Positions 49,201-57,865 of a stretch of DNA of 64,000 nucleotides are shown here, piece after piece. The position numbers and the translations under genes were made by a program. The stretch covers positions 45,549 through 109,548 of the forward strand of contig JBBQHF010000001.1 in NCBI GenBank assembly GCA_038323715.1, read 5' to 3'. The stretch's first letter is position 1. Every line of letters starts with the position of its first letter. The notes below the pieces were generated by a model. The model was not told where the DNA came from. It did not search any database and worked only from the letters and a program-made list of their open reading frames with translations. The DNA comes from Patescibacteria group bacterium (GTDB taxonomy: Bacteria; Patescibacteriota; Patescibacteriia; Patescibacteriales; UBA12465).

Positions 49201-49229
49201 GAAGTCACGAAATTATTTCGTGGCTTTTT
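49201..49229 (+). terminator. Intrinsic terminator
   Basis: AAGTCACGAAA-TTA-TTTCGTGGCTT followed by a T run. Confidence 0.75.
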
Positions 49230-49244
49230 GTTTTAGCTTTTTGT

Positions 49245-49273
49245 TTGACTTTGAAGTCTTTTTCTGTTAATAT
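49245..49273 (+). promoter_or_regulatory. Promoter of guaB-purA
   Basis: TTGACT, 17 nt, TAATAT with extended -10 TG. Confidence 0.65.
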
Positions 49274-49338
49274 TTTTTGAATTGAAAAAATTCAATTTTT
49301 ACAGTTATTTAACAATATAAATCTTAAAATCACAGATT

Positions 49339-50871
49339 ATGAATCAGACAGGTAAGTTTAAGGCAACAAGAAAATGTGACGCCTTCTTCAAAAAACAAAA
49401 TGATCAAGGCCTAGCCTTGGGTTTTGGAGATATTCGGCTTAGAACCGGATATTCAGACGTTCTTCCAGCAGAGACAGATTTGTCTTGCTCATTCTCTCGG
49501 AATATTCACTTGAATGTTCCAATTATTAGCTCACCAATGGATACGGTGACTGAGGCTAAGATGGCCATTGCTATGGCTAAGGTCGGTGGCCTCGGAATTA
49601 TTCATAAAAATTTGACTCCCGAGGAACAGGCCGCTCAAGTGGCTAAAGTTAAACATCATCTTAACGGTTTTATTGGCGACCCGATTTGTGTGAAGGGGAC
49701 TGATAAGGTCGGGGACATTTTAAGAATGAAGGAAAGAAAAGACTATGGGTTTTCTTCATTTCCAGTTGTTGATAAGGATAATCGTTTAGTCGGAATTGTT
49801 ACTAGTAATGATTTTGAGTTTTGCGATGACCCGGAAAACAAAACTATTTTTGAAATTATGTCATCAGACGTCACTACTTCTGAGCAGGTTGATGTGCGCG
49901 GTGCTTACCAAACTATGCAAGAAAAGCATAAGAAGATTTTACCTATTACAGATAGGAGCGGTCTTCTTTCTGGTATTTATACCTGGAAAGATGTGAAGCG
50001 TATTATCACAAATAACTCTTCTAATTTCAGCCTTGATAAAAACGGCAGCTTATTAGTTGGCGCTTCGATTGGCGTTAGTGATGAGGAAAAATTAAGGGCT
50101 GAATTATTAGCTGAAAAGGGCGTTGATGTTTTTGTAATTGATACCGCTCACGGAGATTCTAAGCGCGTAATGAAAATGGTAAAATTTCTTAATAAGAGAT
50201 TTTCTGGAATTGACATTGTCGCGGGAAATATCTCTGAAGGAGAATCTGCTAAACGATTATTGGATGCCGGAGTACATGGAATCAGGGTCGGTCAAGGACC
50301 GGGCTCAATCTGTACTACCAGAATTATTTCTGGGATTGGCCATCCTCAAGTTTCGGCTATTTACGAATGCGCTTTGGCTGTTCGTGGCTACGACATTCCA
50401 ATTTGTGCTGATGGCGGGATTGAATATCCGGGGGACATAACTGTTGCTTTGGGAGCAGGAGCTAATACGGTCATGTTGGGAAAGTTACTTGCCGGGACAA
50501 CAGAATCGCCCGGCTCAGTGATTTACCGAAATGGCAAAGCCGTGAAAGTTTACCGGGGTATGGGCTCTTTAGGCGCTATGCTGGACAACAAAGCTTCGCG
50601 CGAAAGGTACGGTCAGATTGGAAATACCAGCGACAAACTCGTGCCCGAGGGCGTCGAGGCCGAAATTGCTTTTAAAGGTGAAGTCGGAAATGTGCTTTTT
50701 CAACTTATTGGTGGTTTGCGCAGCGGCATGGGATATGTTGGCGCTCACTCATTACTTGAACTGAAAGAAAAGGCGGATTTTTGCCGCATGTCTACCTCCG
50801 GCTTAGCGGAGTCTCATCCTCACGGATTGGATTATGTAAAAGATGCGCCTAACTATACTTATACGCGCTAA
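49339..50871 (+). CDS. guaB: IMP dehydrogenase with CBS pair
   Basis: [49 protein letters not shown]. Confidence 0.97.
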   Translation: MNQTGKFKATRKCDAFFKKQNDQGLALGFGDIRLRTGYSDVLPAETDLSCSFSRNIHLNVPIISSPMDTVTEAKMAIAMAKVGGLGIIHKNLTPEEQAAQVAKVKHHLNGFIGDPICVKGTDKVGDILRMKERKDYGFSSFPVVDKDNRLVGIVTSNDFEFCDDPENKTIFEIMSSDVTTSEQVDVRGAYQTMQEKHKKILPITDRSGLLSGIYTWKDVKRIITNNSSNFSLDKNGSLLVGASIGVSDEEKLRAELLAEKGVDVFVIDTAHGDSKRVMKMVKFLNKRFSGIDIVAGNISEGESAKRLLDAGVHGIRVGQGPGSICTTRIISGIGHPQVSAIYECALAVRGYDIPICADGGIEYPGDITVALGAGANTVMLGKLLAGTTESPGSVIYRNGKAVKVYRGMGSLGAMLDNKASRERYGQIGNTSDKLVPEGVEAEIAFKGEVGNVLFQLIGGLRSGMGYVGAHSLLELKEKADFCRMSTSGLAESHPHGLDYVKDAPNYTYTR

Positions 50872-50897
50872 AATAAAAACCAAAAAAAAGTTAAGAA

Positions 50898-52454
50898 ATG
50901 AAAAATCTGTATGAAAGAATTAGGTTATTTTTAACCTTTATTATTAATGAATTCTGGCTGCTCTCTGTTAACTGTCTCCAGTTCGGTGATACCGGAAAGG
51001 GAAAGTTCGTTGATTTGTTGGCTAGACTAGCGAACATAATTGTTCGTTGTACTGGCGGTGATAATGCTGGGCACACCGTAATCTGCAAAGGTCAGGAAAA
51101 AGTTTTCCACCTTATTCCTTCGGGAATTATTCATGATGTTGATGGTAAAATAAATATTATTGCTACCGGAGCAGTCATTTACCCAAAAACGTTAATAGAT
51201 GAAGTTAAAACTCTTCAGGCTAGTGGCATACCATGTAAAAACTTAAGGATTTCTTTAAAAGCTAAACTGATTATGCCTTACCATATTGTTTTAGACAGGA
51301 TTAGTGAAGCTAAAGCAGGTTCTAGTAAAATTGGTACAACGGGGAAAGGCATCGGTCCTACCTATGAGTATCATGTTGCCCGACGTGGCTTGATTATGAA
51401 CGATCTCTTAAACCCTGAGGTTTTTAAAAGAAAACTTAAAAAGGCCGTTGAGCATGCTAAAAAAGTTTTAGCTTCATATGATCCGTCTTTGGTCAAAGAA
51501 ATAATGGTCCATGAACATTTAGAGTTCGGTGCTTATTACCAAGAGCAAAATTTATTTGATCTTGATGCTATTGCTGAAAAGTATTTAGCCTACGGAGACT
51601 TTTTGAGTCCCTATATTCTGGATACCGATAAATTTTTGCAAGAAAGTGTTGGAAAAAAGAGGATTCTTTTGGAGGGCGCTCAAGGCTATTTGTTGAGCGT
51701 TGATAATGGAACATATCCTTATGTAACATCTTCCGACTGTTCGCACACCGGTCTTTTGAAAGGAGCTGGCTTGGAAAATTATCAAGTTGATGCTGCATTC
51801 GGGATTATAAAAGGTTTCTATATGACCAGAGTCGGTGGCGGGCCTTTCCCTACTGAAATGGGCGGGGAAGAATCTGATAAGTGGTGTAATGGCGGAGTCG
51901 CTACTCGTCAGTTGGAATTAGAAAAATATCCCAATGCGGATATTAATGATGAAGATCCAATGAATCAAGGAGTGGCCTTACGACGCGTTGCCAATGAGTA
52001 TGGCGCCACTACAGGTCGTCCTCGAAGAACTGGTTGGCTAGATTTACCGTTACTTCGTTATTCTCTTCGCTCTGGGGCTAATGAGATAATCATGACAAAA
52101 CTTGATGTTCTAACGGGCATTGAAAAAATAAAAATTTGTTATGCTTATGAATACCAGCCAGCTACTCTTTATCCTGTTTACCAGTTCGGAAACAAACTAT
52201 TAAGTTCTGGGGTTATTCTCTATGAAGCTATTATTGACCCTGAAGTTCTCCAATATTGCAAACCACTTTATCGGGAATTTCCTGGTTGGACTGAAGACAT
52301 TAGCAAGGTGAGGGATGTGAAGAGTTTGCCGCAAAATTTGATTGATATTCTGAAATACATTTTTTGGGAAAATAATCTTAATTGTAATTTAAGAATTATA
52401 TCAGTCGGACCAGCGCCAGACGACACAATCTTCGTTGGTGATGATGAAATTTAA
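50898..52454 (+). CDS. purA: Adenylosuccinate synthetase (long, divergent)
   Basis: QFGDTGKGK, GG.NAGHT, IGTTGKGIGP, EGAQG, YPYVTSS, YGATTGRPRRTGWLD, TKLD. Confidence 0.93.
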   Translation: MKNLYERIRLFLTFIINEFWLLSVNCLQFGDTGKGKFVDLLARLANIIVRCTGGDNAGHTVICKGQEKVFHLIPSGIIHDVDGKINIIATGAVIYPKTLIDEVKTLQASGIPCKNLRISLKAKLIMPYHIVLDRISEAKAGSSKIGTTGKGIGPTYEYHVARRGLIMNDLLNPEVFKRKLKKAVEHAKKVLASYDPSLVKEIMVHEHLEFGAYYQEQNLFDLDAIAEKYLAYGDFLSPYILDTDKFLQESVGKKRILLEGAQGYLLSVDNGTYPYVTSSDCSHTGLLKGAGLENYQVDAAFGIIKGFYMTRVGGGPFPTEMGGEESDKWCNGGVATRQLELEKYPNADINDEDPMNQGVALRRVANEYGATTGRPRRTGWLDLPLLRYSLRSGANEIIMTKLDVLTGIEKIKICYAYEYQPATLYPVYQFGNKLLSSGVILYEAIIDPEVLQYCKPLYREFPGWTEDISKVRDVKSLPQNLIDILKYIFWENNLNCNLRIISVGPAPDDTIFVGDDEI

Positions 52455-52477
52455 ATAAAGTTCATTTAACATTGTAG

Positions 52478-52507
52478 AGCCGGTAGCTAACATGCTGCCG
52501 GTTTTTT
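52478..52507 (+). terminator. Intrinsic terminator after purA
   Basis: AGCCGGTAGC-TAACAT-GCTGCCGGTT followed by a T run. Confidence 0.8.
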
Positions 52508-52588
52508 CTTGTCCAAATTATGTTATTTAGGCTCACCAGCTTGAAATTATACCTAAAAACGTTATAATTAGATTACTTATAAATTAAC

Positions 52589-52698
52589 TGAGTAGTAATA
52601 ATAATTTTGGAGTGAATATGATTTCGTACAGCAAAAACGAATAAAAAGAGTTTTTGCGCCAGAAATCATCCTGAACGGAAAAATATCATTACTACGCA
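52589..52698 (+). ncRNA. Rod-like structured element in the iscS 5' leader, family unknown
   Basis: Nested stems 52592-52599/52688-52695, 52618-52625/52662-52669, 52631-52638/52650-52657; downstream of TTGAAA-16-TATAAT (52541-52568). Confidence 0.6.
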
Positions 52699-52707
52699 AA
52701 TTTACAT

Positions 52708-53862
52708 ATGCAAGTATATTTAGATAATGCCGCTACAACCAAAGTAGACCCGCGGGTATTCAGTAAAATGGAGCCCTATTTTACCAAAGATTATGGTAAT
52801 CCCTCATCTATCCATAATCTCGGCCAAAGTGCCTTCAGTGCCCTTATGAAGGCCAAAGAAAGGGTCGCAAAAATCATAGGCGGAGAAGCAAATGGTGTTA
52901 TTTTTACCTCCGGGGCAACTGAATCAAATAACTTAATAATTAAGGGAGTCGCCCTGGCTAACAGGACAGATAAAAAAAATAAAATTATAGTTTCCGGGAT
53001 TGAGCATCCTTGTGTGATGGAATCAGCTAAGTTTTTGGCGCGCGAAGGGTTTAAGGTTGAGTTTATTCCAGTGAGTAAAGAGGGAATAATTGAGCCAGGG
53101 GAGTTGGAAAAAATTATAGATAAAGAAACAATTCTAGTTTCCGTTATGGCGGTTAATAATGAGATTGGGACCATTCAAGATATTGCAGCGCTCGCAAAAA
53201 TTGCTCATGCTCATGGCGCTTATTTCCATACTGACGCCGTGCAGGCCGTGCCATATTTAAAGCTGGATATAAAAAAAATGGGCATTGATTTTATGAGTTT
53301 ATCGGCTCATAAATTTTATGGACCTAAAGGCGTGGGGATGGCTTATATAAATCGTAAAGTAAAAGTTAACCCGATGATTATTGGCGGCGGGCAAGAGGAT
53401 AATTTACGCTCCGGAACTTATAATATGCCGGGCATAATTGGTTTTACAGAAGCTTTAGAATTAGCTTACAAAGATAGAGATATTTATTTAAAGAAAGTTA
53501 CTGGTTTGCGTGATTATTTTTGGAAAAAAATTCAAACAGAAATTCCCGAAGTTCGTCTTAATGGAAGCCTGAAAAAAAGAGTTCCGGCTAATTTAAATAT
53601 TATGTTCGGTTATATTGAGGGCGAAGCGATTTTAATGGATTTATCGCAAAAGGGAATTCAGGTATCTACTGGCTCAGCTTGTTCCGCTTCTGATTTACGG
53701 GCGTCTTACGTTTTAAAATCAATGGGGCTAGATAAAAATTTCTTAAATAGTAATATTCGTTTTTCTTTTGGGAGGTTTAATAATAAAGAAGGGTTAGACT
53801 ACACTATCAAATCTTTGAAGGCCACGGTTAAAAGACTAAGAAGCTTCTCGCCAATTGTTTAA
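52708..53862 (+). CDS. iscS: Cysteine desulfurase (IscS/NifS)
   Basis: YLDNAATT, GNPSS, FTSGATE, HTDAVQ, SAHKFYGPKG, STGSACS. Confidence 0.95.
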   Translation: MQVYLDNAATTKVDPRVFSKMEPYFTKDYGNPSSIHNLGQSAFSALMKAKERVAKIIGGEANGVIFTSGATESNNLIIKGVALANRTDKKNKIIVSGIEHPCVMESAKFLAREGFKVEFIPVSKEGIIEPGELEKIIDKETILVSVMAVNNEIGTIQDIAALAKIAHAHGAYFHTDAVQAVPYLKLDIKKMGIDFMSLSAHKFYGPKGVGMAYINRKVKVNPMIIGGGQEDNLRSGTYNMPGIIGFTEALELAYKDRDIYLKKVTGLRDYFWKKIQTEIPEVRLNGSLKKRVPANLNIMFGYIEGEAILMDLSQKGIQVSTGSACSASDLRASYVLKSMGLDKNFLNSNIRFSFGRFNNKEGLDYTIKSLKATVKRLRSFSPIV

Positions 53863-53928
53863 TAGTCTAGACAAAATCTTATTTTTTAATTATAATAGTT
53901 TAATAATTTATTTTAATTTGTATTATAT

Positions 53929-54426
53929 ATGGCACTTAATTATACTAAGAAAACTTTAGATAATTTTTTGAAGCCGAAAAATATCGGCAAGATAGCTAAC
54001 CCTGATGGTTATGCTCAAATTGGAAATATGGTTTGCGGTGACCAGCTTGATTTTTTTCTGAAAGTTGAAAAAGGGAAGATTAAAGATGTAAAATTTTTAT
54101 CTTTTGGTTGTGCTTCTAATATTGCCACTGCTTCGGTTATGACCGAGAAGGTAAAGGGGATGACTATTGCAGAAGCTAAAGCATATCCTTGGCAGAAAAT
54201 TGTTGATGATTTAGGCGGCTTGCCCCATCAGAAGGTCCATTGTTCAGTCATGGCAGTTGATGGGTTAAGAAAAGCGATTGCTGATTATGAAAAAAGATTA
54301 GAAACCGAGCCAGCCAAGAAAAGTGTTGCTAAAAAAACGGTCGCCAAAAAGGTAGTCTCAAAAAAGATTATGAAAAAAGCGCCTATTAAAAAAGTAGTTA
54401 AAACTAAAAAGGCAATTAAAAAATAA
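53929..54426 (+). CDS. iscU: Fe-S scaffold IscU/NifU-N with Lys-rich C-terminal tail
   Basis: CGD, FGCAS, KVHCS. Confidence 0.93.
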   Translation: MALNYTKKTLDNFLKPKNIGKIANPDGYAQIGNMVCGDQLDFFLKVEKGKIKDVKFLSFGCASNIATASVMTEKVKGMTIAEAKAYPWQKIVDDLGGLPHQKVHCSVMAVDGLRKAIADYEKRLETEPAKKSVAKKTVAKKVVSKKIMKKAPIKKVVKTKKAIKK

Positions 54427-54435
54427 ACACAAACT

Positions 54436-54467
54436 AAAAACACTCCCGATTAGGGGAGTGTTTTTTT
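54436..54467. terminator. Bidirectional terminator
   Basis: AAAAACACTCCC-GATTAG-GGGAGTGTTTTTTT. Confidence 0.85.
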
Positions 54468-54490
54468 GTATTTTCAATCTGTTGATTTTA

Positions 54491-54748
54491 TTAGAATCTT
54501 TTTTCTAGAGGACGAGCTTCATTAACAACTACTCTACGTCCGTCTAACTCTTGATTGTTGTACATCGCAATTGCATTGTCTGCATCTGCGTCATCTTCCA
54601 TTTCTACAAAACCAAAGCCTTTTGAGCGATGAGTCATGCGGTCGGAAATGATAACGGCTGAGAGCACTTTTCCCGCTTTTGAAAAAGCTTCAGAAAGTCC
54701 CTCGTCGGTAGTCTTGAAAGACAAGCCGCCGATAAATAATTTTTTCAT
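54491..54748 (-). CDS. RRM (RNP-1) RNA-binding protein
   Basis: LFIGGL (RNP2), KGFGFVEM (RNP1), VNEARP. Confidence 0.95.
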   Translation of the reverse strand: MKKLFIGGLSFKTTDEGLSEAFSKAGKVLSAVIISDRMTHRSKGFGFVEMEDDADADNAIAMYNNQELDGRRVVVNEARPLEKRF

Positions 54749-54777
54749 CTTGTGTGTGACTAAACTTTTTTATAAAT

Positions 54778-54881
54778 GTAAGACGACCTTTAATTAAAGA
54801 AAAAGGCAGATTAGAACCCGCATTTTCTTTAAAAATTGCTTACCTGTAAAGCATTATATCCGATTTTTAAAAATAAGTCAA
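54778..54881 (-). promoter_or_regulatory. RRM gene promoter and structured 5' UTR
   Basis: TTGACT (54881-54876), 17 nt, TATAAT (54858-54853); nested stems in the leader. Confidence 0.7.
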
Positions 54882-54915
54882 TATTGGGATTTAACTAATA
54901 AAATTACGAAATCGC

Positions 54916-54945
54916 AAAAAAACAGAGCCTCTAAGGCCCTGTTTT
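54916..54945 (-). terminator. Terminator after rplA
   Basis: Minus strand AAAACAGGGCC-TTAGA-GGCTCTGTTTTTTT. Confidence 0.8.
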
Positions 54946-54964
54946 CGTATATTTTGGTAAGGTA

Positions 54965-55705
54965 TTAAAGAGAAACTTTTACACCAGCGCTCATAGAAGA
55001 GGCAATGCTAACGTTTTTAATGAAAGTGCCCTTTGATGATGTCGGCTTTGTTTTTCTGATAGTATCAATTAATGATTGATAGTTTTCTACTAATTTAGGA
55101 TTTTCAAAACTAACCTTTCCGATAACAGCATGTAAATTTCCCGTGTCGTCATTTTTGAAACTAATTTTACCTTTTTTTAGCTCGGCGATTGTTTTAACGG
55201 GGTTCATCGTTACGGTATCATTTTTTGGAGAAGGCATTAAGCCTCTGGTTCCTAAAATTTTAGCGATAACAGCTAGATTTTTCATCATTCCTGGTTCAGC
55301 AATAGCAACTTGAAAATCAGTTTTTTCAGTCTTTTTAATTTCAGCAATTAAGTCTTCGCCCCCAACGATATCTGCACCCGCGTCTTTAGCAGCCTTTTCA
55401 TTCTCGGAAGAAACAAAAGCAGCAATTTTCACAGTCTTTCCAGTTCCGTGTGGTAGACTAACCGCTCCACGTACTTGTTGATCACCCTTCTTAGTATTAA
55501 TTCCTAAGCGAACATGAATTTCTACAGAAGCGTCAAATTTAGTTTTAGTTAATTTCTTAACAATTTCCAAAGCCTCTTCAATAGAATAGCTTTTATTCTT
55601 ATCGTAAATTGCTGAGTTATCAGCGACCTTCTTAACGGTTTTAACAACCACCTTTTTAGTAGATGTTTTTTTAGGCTTTTCAACGATTTCTTTGTCTTTT
55701 TTCAT
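54965..55705 (-). CDS. rplA: 50S ribosomal protein L1
   Basis: KFDASVE, VRG...LPHGTGK, GLMPSPK, HAVIGK.SF. Confidence 0.98.
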   Translation of the reverse strand: MKKDKEIVEKPKKTSTKKVVVKTVKKVADNSAIYDKNKSYSIEEALEIVKKLTKTKFDASVEIHVRLGINTKKGDQQVRGAVSLPHGTGKTVKIAAFVSSENEKAAKDAGADIVGGEDLIAEIKKTEKTDFQVAIAEPGMMKNLAVIAKILGTRGLMPSPKNDTVTMNPVKTIAELKKGKISFKNDDTGNLHAVIGKVSFENPKLVENYQSLIDTIRKTKPTSSKGTFIKNVSIASSMSAGVKVSL

Positions 55706-55716
55706 ATTGTTTTTTC

Positions 55717-55753
55717 GTGGTCAAACGTCTTTTTGTAAAAAAGAGACTTCCAC
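55717..55753 (-). promoter_or_regulatory. L1-binding autoregulatory site between rplK and rplA
   Basis: Minus strand GTGGAAG-hairpin-GACCAC, resembling the known GTGGGAG...ACCAC L1 leader. Confidence 0.75.
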
Positions 55754-55764
55754 AATTAAATTAA

Positions 55765-56190
55765 TTATTTTTTTATTTCTACGCCCATTTGTCTGGCTGT
55801 GCCCGCAATAATATTTTTTGCCGCTTCAATGTCATTAGCATTTAAATCAGGCATCTTTACTAAAGCGATTTCTTCCAATTGTTTTTCAGTAATAGAACCA
55901 ATTTTTTCGGTTAATGGTTTGCCTGAACCTTTTTTGATTCCGGCCGCTTTTTTGATTAATTCGCTCGCTGGTGATGTTTTTAGAATGAAATCATAACTTC
56001 TATCCTCATAAACAGTAATTTCAACTGGGATAACTTCTCCCATCTTGTCCTTAGTTTTATCATTGAACTGTCTGCAAAATTCAGCAATATTTAGACCATG
56101 TTGGCCTAAAGCTGGACCGACTGGAGGAGCTGGGTTAGCTTGTCCGCCGGCAATCTGCAATTTAATCTTTGTCTTTATTTTCTTTGCCAT
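55765..56190 (-). CDS. rplK: 50S ribosomal protein L11
   Basis: [29 protein letters not shown]. Confidence 0.98.
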   Translation of the reverse strand: MAKKIKTKIKLQIAGGQANPAPPVGPALGQHGLNIAEFCRQFNDKTKDKMGEVIPVEITVYEDRSYDFILKTSPASELIKKAAGIKKGSGKPLTEKIGSITEKQLEEIALVKMPDLNANDIEAAKNIIAGTARQMGVEIKK

Positions 56191-56241
56191 ATTAATTGAT
56201 TATTTTCTGACGTAGAAGCATCGCCAGTATTTGTAAATTTT

Positions 56242-56787
56242 TTAAACTTTTTTAATCTGTAAGAAATCAAGTTCTACCGGAGTTTCACGGCCAAAGAGGG
56301 AAACAGAAACTTTAACTTTTCCTTTGGCTTCGTCAACGGAAGTAACTTTACCTTCCATGTTTTTAAACGGACCTTCGTTGATTTTAACCGGAGAACCAAT
56401 AATAACATCAATTTGGAATTTAGGATCTTCAACGCCCATTCTTTTCTGTAGGGCCTTTACCTCAGCCTCGCCAATCGGGGTAGGGATGGTACCAGTGCCA
56501 ATAAATCCAGTAACATTTGGAGTATTTCTAACAATATACCAAGATTCATCGGTCACCATCATTTCTACTAAAATATATCCAGGAAAGATTTTCTCTTCAA
56601 CGACCTTACGTTTACCATTTTTAATTTTAATTTTTTTCTCAGTTGGAATTAAAATATTAAATATTTTATCTTCCATGTCCAAGGACTCAACCCTTTGCTT
56701 AAGGTTTTGAGCGACATTTTCTTCGTAGCCGGAATAAGTATGAATAACATACCAGCGACGGCCTTGGTTTAAAAGTTGCTTGGCCAT
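56242..56787 (-). CDS. nusG: Transcription termination/antitermination factor NusG
   Basis: WYVIHTYSGYE, FPGY, TPNVTGF, KOW motif, FGRETPVEL. Confidence 0.98.
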   Translation of the reverse strand: MAKQLLNQGRRWYVIHTYSGYEENVAQNLKQRVESLDMEDKIFNILIPTEKKIKIKNGKRKVVEEKIFPGYILVEMMVTDESWYIVRNTPNVTGFIGTGTIPTPIGEAEVKALQKRMGVEDPKFQIDVIIGSPVKINEGPFKNMEGKVTSVDEAKGKVKVSVSLFGRETPVELDFLQIKKV

Positions 56788-56793
56788 ATTGTT

Positions 56794-56973
56794 TTAAATT
56801 AAAAATTGAAGACCTAAATTAAATATAAAGTCTAAGGCACCTAAAAAAGCGGCGACCGCTAGACTAATGCCGATAACGAGAATTGTATAATTGTAGGTTT
56901 CTTTCTTGGTCGGCCAGGTTACTTTTTTCATTTCAGAGATAGACTCCTTAATGTAGTTGATTAATTTGTTCAT
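56794..56973 (-). CDS. secE: Preprotein translocase subunit SecE (absent from the ORF track)
   Basis: Manual translation MNKLINYIKESISEMKKVTWPTKKETYNYTILVIGISLAVAAFLGALDFIFNLGLQFLI; EMKKVTWP motif, directly upstream of nusG. Confidence 0.97.
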   Translation of the reverse strand: MNKLINYIKESISEMKKVTWPTKKETYNYTILVIGISLAVAAFLGALDFIFNLGLQFLI

Positions 56974-57030
56974 ATAAGCTAAAAATGGGTAATTAAAAAT
57001 AGCCTTTTGGCCACTTTTTTATCTACTAAA

Positions 57031-57059
57031 ATAATACAAAATAGTGAGGAGCTTGTCAA
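57031..57059 (-). promoter_or_regulatory. secE-nusG promoter
   Basis: Minus strand TTGACA, 17 nt, TATTAT. Confidence 0.65.
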
Positions 57060-57122
57060 GAGCCTCCTGCTTCTAAAAACAGCTGTTTATTGATACGATG
57101 AAAATATCAATTTCTGTCAAAT

Positions 57123-57171
57123 AAAAAACCGGTCCTATTAATCAATAAATGATTACATTGGAACCGGTTTC
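57123..57171 (-). terminator. Putative terminator for the orphan ORF
   Basis: AAACCGGT.C arms with a long AT loop and a U tract on the minus strand. Confidence 0.5.
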
Positions 57172-57178
57172 TATTTTT

Positions 57179-57643
57179 TCATGCCATTTGTTTGGCTTTT
57201 TCAAATGATTTCAGGATGTCTTTTATTTCTTCTAGATTACTTTCTATTATTGATATTTCTTCCTCTTTTTCGGAAATTTTATCTTTATAATAATCTATGT
57301 AATCATAAGCTTTCATCCTCTTTGTTTTAAGCTCGTCTCTGGTTGTTGTAATGAGCCCGGGGAAACAGGAATTAATTTCTGTTTGGCTAACCTTAACCCT
57401 TACTTTAGGCAATGGTTTAATGATCAAGGCGACAAGCAGAAACATTCCCGATACGGACGATATAAATTTGACCTCCTCGTCCTCAAGCCCCAATTTTGGT
57501 AGTGAGTGATAAAGAAAGATTGAAAACATTATAATTAGGGCAACTAGAACAATACTAATCGCAATGTTTATTGGTTGCCTTTTCCTGTTTTCTAAAAGTT
57601 CACGAGCCCTAATCTCCAGAGTTTTAAAAGTTACTTTTTCCAT
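57179..57643 (-). CDS. Orphan two-TM protein with C-terminal coiled coil
   Basis: 154 aa; two hydrophobic segments; own promoter TTGACA (57728-57723), 17 nt, TAGCAT. Confidence 0.7.
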   Translation of the reverse strand: MEKVTFKTLEIRARELLENRKRQPINIAISIVLVALIIMFSIFLYHSLPKLGLEDEEVKFISSVSGMFLLVALIIKPLPKVRVKVSQTEINSCFPGLITTTRDELKTKRMKAYDYIDYYKDKISEKEEEISIIESNLEEIKDILKSFEKAKQMA

Positions 57644-57865
57644 GATTTCAAATTTTATTGTTTATACTATGAGAAATTTTCAATGAACATAATCATTTTA
57701 TGCTAGTATTATTCTTTATTTTTGTCAATATTACCCCGCTTTGAGTCTTTTTTCGGGCTATTTAATAGTCTGCTTGATTTATTGCCTTTTAAGGCTAAAC
57801 AATATACAATAATAAAGTAAAGTAGGGCCATACCCATGGTTTTGTTATAAGCTAAATATTTCAAT

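Noticed and set aside
50898-52454. PurZ (2-aminoadenine pathway), suggested by QFGxTGKG
   Set aside because: The catalytic Asp is retained (GDT, whereas PurZ has GST), the GATTGRPRR loop is PurA-like, it sits beside guaB and there is no phage context.
56974-57178. tRNA-Trp or rpmG, often found upstream of secE
   Set aside because: No cloverleaf, T-loop motif or L33 ORF is visible; only promoter and terminator elements.
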